Positions 20,094 through 29,200 of a stretch of DNA of 64,000 nt are shown here, piece by piece (the stretch's first letter is position 1; each line of letters begins with the position of its first letter). The notes under the pieces were generated by a model. The model saw nothing but the letters and a program-made list of their open reading frames with translations. It searched no databases and was not told where the DNA came from. A program made the position numbers and the translations under genes. This stretch comes from a virus: IMG/VR virus record IMGVR_UViG_3300029922_000004. One strand, given 5' to 3'.

Positions 20094-20927
20094 TTATTTG
20101 GCGATTTTCTTTTTACATCTCTCCGTCATTTCAAGACATTTGAACTTAGGAATATCTGTTATAACTTTGATATCTTCTGCGCCATCAAACTTTTCCTTAA
20201 TTAACGAGTTCTTAATCGTTTCAAGAGTAACGCCCGCTTCGGTCATGGCATTTTGAAGAAGTTCATAAGTCTTTTCTAGAGGCTTCGATTCTTGATGACC
20301 AGTCGGCGCAAGTTCTTCCTGTGAAACGATATTAATTCTCAAAAAGTTTCTCACCGCGCGGACGAAGGCGCGATTTTCCGCGATTGGTCCGAGGTAGTTC
20401 TTACCAAAGCTGTTGGTATTAAAAGGGCTTGCGTCACCGATTGCACTAAAAGATACTTCCCGCCCTTCTGTTTCAAAATTGGGAATCCAGCGAATCTTAC
20501 AAGCCGCGACAATATATTCGTTAGAGGGTGAAGTAACACTGTATTCGACATCGTAAAACCCCCTGATATGGGCTAAAAATTTAATTCCTGAAAGCAACAA
20601 AAGAAGGTCTTTATCTTCAAGTCCGTCAACCGTCGGCGGGATTGGTTGTTTACGCTTTTCAAAATTAGCCTTGTTGACTGCCAAGTGTTTAGAATCAAGC
20701 ATTTTTCTCCAGTCTACCTGACCTTCTGAGTTGTATACATATTTAACTCCGCTTTCCAATAACCCATGTTCGTTTCGTTTTACGGTTTTTGGAGGGATAC
20801 AACTGGGAACATCTGTAGAAGATGGTTCAGCGGGGTCTGGAACTATTGCGGGGACAGTGGGGAAAAGTCCATCAGGGATTTCTCGCGAAATATGGGAATT
20901 TGGTCCATCTGTGATTGGCTCATTCAT
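20094..20927 (-). CDS. Rad52/Sak-like single-strand annealing protein (putative)
   Basis: LLLSGIKFLAHIRG...YIVAACKIRW...FSAIGDAS...PIAENRAFVRAVRNFLRI fits the Rad52-fold pattern of strands followed by an AxxRAxxRA helix. Confidence 0.55.
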   Translation of the reverse strand: MNEPITDGPNSHISREIPDGLFPTVPAIVPDPAEPSSTDVPSCIPPKTVKRNEHGLLESGVKYVYNSEGQVDWRKMLDSKHLAVNKANFEKRKQPIPPTVDGLEDKDLLLLLSGIKFLAHIRGFYDVEYSVTSPSNEYIVAACKIRWIPNFETEGREVSFSAIGDASPFNTNSFGKNYLGPIAENRAFVRAVRNFLRINIVSQEELAPTGHQESKPLEKTYELLQNAMTEAGVTLETIKNSLIKEKFDGAEDIKVITDIPKFKCLEMTERCKKKIAK

Positions 20928-20936
20928 ATAAAAAAG

Positions 20937-20966
20937 AATATAACCGAGATTTCACTTTTTGTCAAG
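20937..20966 (-). promoter_or_regulatory. Sigma70-type promoter
   Basis: C-TTGACA-17 nt (AAAAGTGAAATCTCGGT)-TATATT, 9 nt before the ATG at 20927. Confidence 0.7.
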
Positions 20967-22146
20967 ACTTTTTCAGCTTGATAATTGTTAAGAATTCAAG
21001 ATTTTCCCAGAAAGCGGGGGAATCTATGACTTTTTGATACTCAAAGTGGTTATTCATCGGAATCCCGCGTTCTTTGGCGGCGAAACTGTAGAAAAATTTA
21101 TCCTCGGATGCCGTGATTTTAGCAGAGCGATAATACAAGTCGCCGATGTCATTTTGCAGTTTAACGATAACGTCGGGCGGGGCTAGTTCAACTTTGTTAA
21201 TGTTTCCGTATTCGTAGTAGTGGATTTTCAACTTCTGAATCTCCTCGGCGGGAAGTTTCGAAATCATTACAAATTTAATCCCCGCTTCTCGTATGGACTG
21301 AATGTATTCGACGCGCTTATCGTCCGAAATCATAATGATGACCATTTGAATATGCGGTTTGAACTGCTTGAGAAGATTGACGTTAATCGGCTGGTCGATA
21401 ATTATAAAACTCTTTTTATAATTCGAGAGTTGATGAATAAAGCATTGTTCGTCGTAACCCAAATCGGTTCTAATTTCGACCATGAATTCGGGGTTAAATA
21501 AGATACGCTTATGGTTAGGAATGGATTCTTGAATGGACGCGCCGGAATATTTGCGGCCCATATACACCGTTTCAAAGGGACATACGAAGTTTAGATTTAA
21601 CAATTTACACACCGCGTTGGCGATTTCTTCAGGGTGAATTAGGTTGATGGTTTTAGGATTCTCGTCGTTGTTAAAAGAGGGTTTTAGACCAGTCTTTTCG
21701 TAGGATTTAAGAAGAATTTGCTTGGATTTATCACCAAAGTAAGGGCCGGTTGTCTCCGCGTATTGCGGCGCGAATAATGCAACTAAGGGGATATCAAAAA
21801 CAGAGGCCACATGAATGGGAAACCCGTCTACGCCAAAATGTAGGAGCGATTTTGAGATTAGATACGCTAATTGATTCGGAGTCGCTTGACCAAGGAGATT
21901 TATGCAGCCGATATGCGGGCGGTCTTTAGCGTCACCAATTTGAACGAGGCGGATGTCGTTTTTTTGGAGAATTGGACTAAGAATATTAATACAATCTTGA
22001 ACGAAGTCATACGAACGCCCCGACCCAAGCCCCTCGGAATGAAAAGTTATATACCGCTCAAATGGAATTGGAAAATAGGTTGTATAGATGAAGGGCTTGC
22101 TTATCTTGCTTCCAGTTGACAATGCAAATTGTTCGGTTTTATTCAT
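20962..22146 (-). CDS. GT9 (heptosyltransferase-like) domain protein
   Basis: LVQIGD...NLLGQATPNQLAYLISKSLLHFGVDGFPIHVASVFDIPLVALF is the GT9 C-terminal Rossmann signature. Confidence 0.7.
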   Translation of the reverse strand: MNKTEQFALSTGSKISKPFIYTTYFPIPFERYITFHSEGLGSGRSYDFVQDCINILSPILQKNDIRLVQIGDAKDRPHIGCINLLGQATPNQLAYLISKSLLHFGVDGFPIHVASVFDIPLVALFAPQYAETTGPYFGDKSKQILLKSYEKTGLKPSFNNDENPKTINLIHPEEIANAVCKLLNLNFVCPFETVYMGRKYSGASIQESIPNHKRILFNPEFMVEIRTDLGYDEQCFIHQLSNYKKSFIIIDQPINVNLLKQFKPHIQMVIIMISDDKRVEYIQSIREAGIKFVMISKLPAEEIQKLKIHYYEYGNINKVELAPPDVIVKLQNDIGDLYYRSAKITASEDKFFYSFAAKERGIPMNNHFEYQKVIDSPAFWENLEFLTIIKLKKS

Positions 22147-24103
22147 GGGTTAGACAACTTTTAAAATCAATGGCGTCTTTGGCATTATGAGAATAGGACT
22201 GATTTTTCAAAGGTAGATATACTATTTCGAAAGTTCCGCGATGTTGCCCTTGTCCTTCACCGAAAAGCGGGTTTTCAAAGATTGGATTATATTCAAGTAT
22301 TCCATTAATATATGGATTACCCTCTATAATAGAGCGAAATGGCGGTTTAGTTGCAACATACAACGCCCAATCGGGGTAGCGATTTTTGATAGATTCGAAA
22401 GTCGCGGTTGCTAGATACACGTCGTCGGCGTTTTCTGGAATTACTACGAGAACGCGGCCTTTATCGGCGGGGTTAAGGAAGTCCTCTAACTTTGACCCTC
22501 CTTTTTGTTCTTGGAGAGTTTTAAACGCGACTTGGCGGAAGTATTGTTCAATTTGGGGGCGCTCTAGGTCTTTATGAATCCTATTGGCCCAGTGAAGAAA
22601 ACCTTCGTCCTTCCTATCCACGGGACGGTCAAGTATTTTTGCGTATAGATACAGAATCCATTCACCATCATCTGCAATTTGGGGTATTTGATGATTCGGG
22701 TCTGCGTTTAACTTTTTATTTTCAAACACAGATGGGTCATTTATAAACGGCGCGGCGTCAATAAACTCTTCATATATTTTTCCAATGCTATCCACAGAAA
22801 ACGTCTTTAAAGCAAACTCTCTGGCGTTATTGCTTAATTTTTTATATTCTTTGGAATCCATCAGGTAAAACTTCTTCATTACCTTGGCAATAGAGTAAGG
22901 AAAGGTCCATGATTTTATGAAGTTCGTTCCAGCCCCTTCAAGATATTCGGAATAGTCCAATGGGAAGGTTGCAGACTCGACGGGTCTTTTACAGAAGTCT
23001 TCTCCACAACTGTAATTAGTCACTGCGCCGGGGAGACCGCATAATTTACTTTCTATTGCAAAGCCAATTTCTAATCCGCCAGAGGTAATTGGTGCAAGAT
23101 AAAAATTAGAGATATTATAAATTTCATTTAATTGTTTTTCTGTAACGCCAAAAGCTGGACCCGTGGTAGTCTGAGATTGGGGTGAGTTACAAAACCTGCA
23201 TTTTAAATTATCTCCTTGATAGTGTTTAATTTCATATTGTCCACAGTCTCGACATATATAGGTGGTTAAAATATCCTGTATTGGTACTCCAAATTGGGCG
23301 CAAAATGAGGGGATATTCCATCCTTCATTAAAACTGGTATGAAAAAGAAATTTTACATTTTTAATTTGTGGATTGTCTTTCTTGAAGAGGGACATTGCTT
23401 CGATAAGATTTGGATAACCTTTTCTTAGCTGATTTCTTGAAACACAGGAAAAAATTACTTCATTTTGTGGTATATTAAACTTTTTTCTAAGTTCAGCTTT
23501 CTCTGCCGAGGGGAGGGGATAAAATGGCGAGCAATCAATAGTTCCATAGACAGTCTTGACGTGACTTAAACCCATCTTATGCATCTCTTCCGTGGAGAAT
23601 TCATTCCAGTTCCAAAAGTGCTTAGACTTCTTGGCTAGGGCAATTGCAGTTGGTAATATGGGTCTACTGTCCAAGGTAACATATGGTACAGAAGTAATCT
23701 TGTTATACCAAGGATGCTCTGCTATAAAATCGACCCCCCAAACGTCGTTAACCATCCACAAAACTTCTACTTTTTCTTTTTTTACAAGTTCATCTATCGT
23801 GAATCTTCCATATGCAGCGGTGCGTTCGATATCCCCATGAGATTGAGGTGGATTTTGTTGTTTTAATTGATTGATTTGTTCTGGAATAATCACGCCGTAA
23901 CATTTCCACGGAACCCTATCGAGGTCTGGATTATTTGCAATAGTCCCCGCACAAAACTGAACAATATCATATTTACCTGTTTGATATAGATAACTAATAA
24001 TAGATTTAGCGTATCTGCCGAAGCCAGTTTTCGCAAGGGCATGGTCAACGAGAAAGGCTACCTTTTTTTTCTTATTTATTCCATTCATAAACTTTATTAC
24101 CAC
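22139..24103 (-). CDS. Multidomain glycosyltransferase (GT4-like core with zinc-ribbon insert; C-terminal GT9-like N-lobe)
   Basis: AKTGFGRY..., SRNQLRKGYPNLIEA, LNEIYNISNFYLAPITSGGLEIG (GT-B). CRDC...CRFC insert. C-terminal DDVYLATATFESIKNRYPDWALYVAT...IEGNPYI. Start may be the ATG at 24088. Confidence 0.75.
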   Translation of the reverse strand: MVIKFMNGINKKKKVAFLVDHALAKTGFGRYAKSIISYLYQTGKYDIVQFCAGTIANNPDLDRVPWKCYGVIIPEQINQLKQQNPPQSHGDIERTAAYGRFTIDELVKKEKVEVLWMVNDVWGVDFIAEHPWYNKITSVPYVTLDSRPILPTAIALAKKSKHFWNWNEFSTEEMHKMGLSHVKTVYGTIDCSPFYPLPSAEKAELRKKFNIPQNEVIFSCVSRNQLRKGYPNLIEAMSLFKKDNPQIKNVKFLFHTSFNEGWNIPSFCAQFGVPIQDILTTYICRDCGQYEIKHYQGDNLKCRFCNSPQSQTTTGPAFGVTEKQLNEIYNISNFYLAPITSGGLEIGFAIESKLCGLPGAVTNYSCGEDFCKRPVESATFPLDYSEYLEGAGTNFIKSWTFPYSIAKVMKKFYLMDSKEYKKLSNNAREFALKTFSVDSIGKIYEEFIDAAPFINDPSVFENKKLNADPNHQIPQIADDGEWILYLYAKILDRPVDRKDEGFLHWANRIHKDLERPQIEQYFRQVAFKTLQEQKGGSKLEDFLNPADKGRVLVVIPENADDVYLATATFESIKNRYPDWALYVATKPPFRSIIEGNPYINGILEYNPIFENPLFGEGQGQHRGTFEIVYLPLKNQSYSHNAKDAIDFKSCLTHE

Positions 24104-25586
24104 AGTCCCATATTCTATTCCAACCGTTATTTTTCATGTTTTCCCATTCTGATAATTCTGGATTAAATTTATCCAAGACTTCCGACAAATGACTTTTTCT
24201 AAAATTATATCGGTGATAAAGCTTCCTCTCTTGCCTTATAAAATACCAATAATTGGGTCTGGAATTATGTTTTAAAGAGAATCCAAGATTCTCGTATAGA
24301 TGTCCCACCGACCATCTTCTATCCGCATAAGATATTATAGTATTAGGTAGTTCTTTTCTCGTAAAAAACTTAAATAATTTGCTTGCTCCACCTATAATTG
24401 AAAAATTTGCGATATTGCAGAATCTACTCAGTTCCCAAGTCCCATGTTTTATATTTTTATGCCCTAGCGCAACTCTGGGTTTACAAAAAGTCATCACAGA
24501 AACTAAACGATTTTTATAGAACAGCCCCAGATTTTTTTGTGATTTATCAGCACCTTGAATATGATATTTAGTAAGAAATTTGTTTTTTGTTACAGCATCT
24601 ATTTCTTTAATATGACATTTCCTTGCATAAATTTTGTATTTTAGTAATCCGAGGATTGATTTTAACCGCGAAAAGACAATTTTGGTTTTTTTAAGAATTT
24701 CGCAGTCATATATCTGAAGCAGTGAAATGTCCTTCTGTTGACATAATTCTAATTTATTTCTGTCGGCATATTTATCTCCGTCGCGTTCGTCTCGAATTAT
24801 TTGACTATGCCAATATAATCCATTACATTCAATCCCTAAATTAAGAGATGGAATAAATATATCTAATTCTTTTCCTTCTAGTATTTTTCTATCATTTTTT
24901 ATATAAACAATATTATGTTTGTCCAGAAAAGAGTGAACGATTGTTTCCAAGCCCTTATTAAAGATTCCGCATTTGGGACACCCACAGACACGGTGAACAG
25001 CTATAGACTTTGAAAACCATCCGTGTTTGGGACATTTGATATTAAGAATCGTCTTATCTGTAACATCTTTTTCATTTTCAATAGTAGAAACATCATAAGT
25101 ATATTTATGATTGTAAATCTTATTAAATAATTTAATATAATAACTAATTCCTTCTCTTGCATTATATCCATTATTTTTTAAAGCACAGGCCGGGCATCCA
25201 TATTTTGAATTAAGATGAACGGCGGGATTTTGGTCGAATTCTCCATGAATAGGACAAATGATGGTTACTTTTCTATGAAAGCCATTGTATTCGACACTAG
25301 AATAGTTAAAAAAATTGTTATACTTTAAATTTGCTCTCTTAATGAATTCATCTTGAGGCAACCGTTGATTTTTATTTACCGTCTCGTTCCTACATTGATG
25401 ACACCCTCCATTCCCGTCGTTTCTTTTATGTCCATGATATCTGATAAAAAAAGACCCATGTTTTTTACAGACAATTTCAAGTTTATCATCGTATCCTGTA
25501 TAATTTACCTTAGAATAATCAAATTTATCCCCATGTTTTTCCGTAAACTTGCGTATGATTTGTTCGTTAGTAAGCCTTAATTTCAT
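24072..25586 (-). mobile_element. Hef-like free-standing homing endonuclease (three Zn-binding repeats, Vsr-like nuclease, C-terminal GNAT/Mom-like domain)
   Basis: Repeats HGDKFDYSKVNY...CKKHG...GCxxC three times; ELDIFIPSLNLGIECNGLYWHS nuclease; C-terminal WELSRFC...GGASKLF...SYADRRWS...RIWDCG. Confidence 0.7.
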
Positions 25587-25607
25587 TTTCTATTAAAGAC
25601 TTATATT

Positions 25608-26126
25608 TTAAATCGTCTCCACGACTTCCTGAATTTTTACTCCGGCGAAAGCCTGTTGAAGACAGAAAATCAAATACTCACGAATAAGCCGACTTTCAGG
25701 ATAGTTCGTTCCAAAATAGAACGAGTTTTTAGGAGCGGTTGAATCCTGTTTGTCGGTGATAGTAATACTGAAACTATAACCCCGTTGCGTAGCCTTCTCC
25801 CCTTCCGGCACCTTATTCATCCACGGCGAAAAATTTATAGATTTGATTTGCTTTTCGGAATCGTGCATTGAAGAATACGCGCGGTTACGGTCGAGAAGGT
25901 CGAGAATCGCGGCCACTTCCATTTGATTTAAAGCCACTGTTACGCTTTTGGCTGGATTATTACGGCTCTCCTTAAACCCGCCGATGCGCTTTTCGGCGTC
26001 CCAAGTCGATTGTTTTAACAATGAAAAAAACACCGTCCCGTCTTTGGCAGATTGGCTAAATGAACAGGCGAAGCCGGTATTTGATTTATTCGGGTGATAC
26101 AATGGGAGCGGGGCGATTTGATTCAT
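25608..26126 (-). CDS. Hypothetical protein, possibly PC4/Whirly-like ssDNA-binding
   Basis: 172 aa with an alternating strand/helix pattern and aromatic-rich strands; has its own sigma70 promoter. The fold call is inference. Confidence 0.35.
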   Translation of the reverse strand: MNQIAPLPLYHPNKSNTGFACSFSQSAKDGTVFFSLLKQSTWDAEKRIGGFKESRNNPAKSVTVALNQMEVAAILDLLDRNRAYSSMHDSEKQIKSINFSPWMNKVPEGEKATQRGYSFSITITDKQDSTAPKNSFYFGTNYPESRLIREYLIFCLQQAFAGVKIQEVVETI

Positions 26127-26140
26127 AATTTTATCTTTCT

Positions 26141-26170
26141 ATTATAATTCAATTCTCGGAAAAAGTCAAG
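26141..26170 (-). promoter_or_regulatory. Sigma70-type promoter
   Basis: C-TTGACT-17 nt (TTTTCCGAGAATTGAAT)-TATAAT, 14 nt before the ATG at 26126. Confidence 0.8.
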
Positions 26171-26176
26171 TAAAAA

Positions 26177-26183
26177 GTGTAAT
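26177..26183 (+). promoter_or_regulatory. GTGTAAT box (putative late promoter)
   Basis: 26 nt before the GTG at 26210; back-to-back with the sigma70 promoter. Confidence 0.55.
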
Positions 26184-26209
26184 TTAATATAATAAAATTA
26201 AGGCAAACG

Positions 26210-29200
26210 GTGGATTTTACAAGCACAACTGGTAATATTATTGTCGGAAACGTTTTTGAAGGGGCATACTCAATCCCAATTCTCCCCACTGGCTACGTTG
26301 ACGGAAGCCCATTTTATTACGCGTTAATCAATCAAGGAATTAATCCTTCTGGCATTACAGGAACTTTTGTATATTTTCAATCTGGGAACGAGTTTATTGA
26401 TTCGGGTTATTTACTATCGGGGCTAATAGGACAATCACAAGTTTTGTCGGGGGCTACTTCAAGCCCATCTAATGCTTCGGGCTATTTGTTTTATAGAATT
26501 AACGCCTCGATATATGGAACATGTTGTGGGGTAGGTTCAGATGCTAACGTCTGGTTTTCGGGGTACAGTTTTTATAATGCCTTTCATCCCGGCGGATACT
26601 ACTCCCCGCCGTTTGGCGAAAACCTTTCCGTCTACAAGCAAAATCAAGATGGTACAAGTTCATTAAGTGAAGTGGGTAGTTGTGATTCTCTTACTACTAC
26701 AGAATACAATGATATTTTCGGCATCAATACCCAGCTAGATGACTTAATTAACGACTCTTCTGATAGCGCAACTGCTTATATCAATTCCCCGGCTATAGCA
26801 TGTCCACAAGATTTGTCGGTGACTTATTACTGGCACGAGACAGATTACAACATCATCGCGGGGACTTCTAGCGCCATCGCGGGTAATACGTTTTATAATA
26901 CTAATCCTATACCTACTTCGCTGGATAACTTTTACGTTAAAACTAATCTAAGATATGCAACAAGTGGAAGTGGATTAGGAATATTAGTAGATAATGGTGA
27001 TGGTACAAAAACCGAGGAAATCCTTGAGACTATCTTATATGATAGTTCTGGAAGACCAATCCCCGCCTATCCAACGTTTGATGGTGGCGTTTCAGGTCAT
27101 GCAAACTCGGATATTTTTAATACACAGACTTGCCCCGGATATATTGCCGAAAATGGTATTGCTATAGGTCAGAATACTGAAAGCCAATTAATAGACGTAG
27201 CTGATGCATCTCAAGGCAGCGATGGACATTTTGACTTTTTCAACTGGTGGAATATATGGCACTTTTTACCAAAGGAGAATAGTGATGGTTTTCCTTTCTC
27301 CAACGGTTATAGTAATAGCGGCAATGTGGGCCTCACAACCGATACTGATGGTAATCAAGGTAGTTCTCTTTTTGAATATAGTCTGGCGGATAGTGACGCT
27401 TACTGGGACAGAAGGCAGTGTCCCGAAGCGATATCATTTCTTCCTCATACTTTTGGGGCGTCAATTTTTGCGTGTCCACAATATTACTTGGATGTTCCGT
27501 ATTATGCAGCCAATAAGAAATTTGGATTTTATGGAACAAGATTTCTAAATGGATGTGTCAGTCTTGAGATGGATTATCCTACCGGTACAACGCCAAACGT
27601 TTCTGACTTACCAACGGGATATACTTATATCACCCCGCAGGAAATTGAACCTTCTCCAGACGCGGGAATTAATTGGAGCTTCCCTAACTACACGAATCTT
27701 CTAAGAATAGCCGCCGCAGAGGAGAAACAATCAGATTTCTATGCTTTAAATAAATCATTCTTCTTGTGGACGAATTCGGGGTTGGTAACGCAATCCTCAG
27801 ATTTTGCCGTTTTAACTGGTAACAGTGGTTTTTATCCCTTGTTTTTGAGTCTTTTCGGGCAATACAACAACTATTTCCCCAGCGGAACAGGTGATTTTGT
27901 TAATAAAAATAGCGGTCTTTTTGAAAGCGGTGTGGGGTCTATTTTCTACGACACCGGCACAACATATGAATTTTTAGGCAATAACGACAATTATATATTA
28001 TTTAAAAATCAATTAACTTCAATACTTACAGGCATTAATGAAATTAATAGTTGGGCATCAATAGAATCCCAGTATGCTTGTGGCGTTTTAGACTCTAATG
28101 GAAATATTGCGTCGGACTTTTATGGGGCATTAAATAGTGGCAAGCAATCAAGATTACAGACTAGATACTTTGAAAATTACGTTAAGGGAAATCCAATTGA
28201 TTTATATCCTACTAATAAAATAACATTTAGTTATGACCACGCGGGAGACTTCATTAATAGTAGTGGGTGGGGTAAATCGCCTTTTGGTTTTGGATTGAAT
28301 AGTAGTTTTGCCGATAGTGGACTTACAAGAAGATATTTTGTCGGTGCTTATGGAGATGGTGAGGATATTTCTGAATTAACCAACTTTATAAGTCAGACCG
28401 CTAACATTAATAACGGCGCGTTCTATCCGGGGTATTTTGATAATAACCAGAATATGGAATTGCCGGAGCCAACCTATACTCCGGTTCTGACAGGTAGCGG
28501 CAGTATGAACGGCGGAACGTTTAATCCTCTTCCTAATGGGTGGATGGCTATGGGTTATAATGGTGTCGGTGAAATGAAAAACAATTTTTCGTGTTTTACT
28601 CCGATATTTATAAGGCAACCATTCAACAAAACGTACTGTAAGGTGGGTCAGTCGCCCACTTTTCGCTCTTTAGCAGTTGATTATCATACAATTCCCGAAG
28701 ACAAGATAAATATCCGCTATCCCGAAATTGTTTACTGGGCAGAAAAGTTAAAAATGATAGATACCAACTACAATAACCTATATCCCCTATCTTATAAGTG
28801 GTACAGAATTCCTACAGGTAGTTGTACTGGTTCTAATGGTCAGGCTAGTTTTTCTAATTTTCTTTTGAATCCTAATTTTGAACTACTAGACCCTTCTAAT
28901 CCTACGGGTGATTGGTGTGCTTTAGAGGGAGATGGTCCGATTTGTACTTTAATTCATCCAACTGGCTGCGTACCGGCATTCACTCCAAATGGGGCATGGG
29001 CTTATCCTAATATTGATACCCCAATATATAAAACCGCGCAACAGAATAACTTCTATATGACAAAAAAGAAGGGCGCAATTAAAGGGGTGGATGACCAGTA
29101 TTACTATTTCTGTATGACTAGAGGAAGGTTTGGAATAAGAATTAGCGAGCCTTCAGAACTATTTATCGAGGATTGGTTAAAATTTGATTTGTCAATACAA

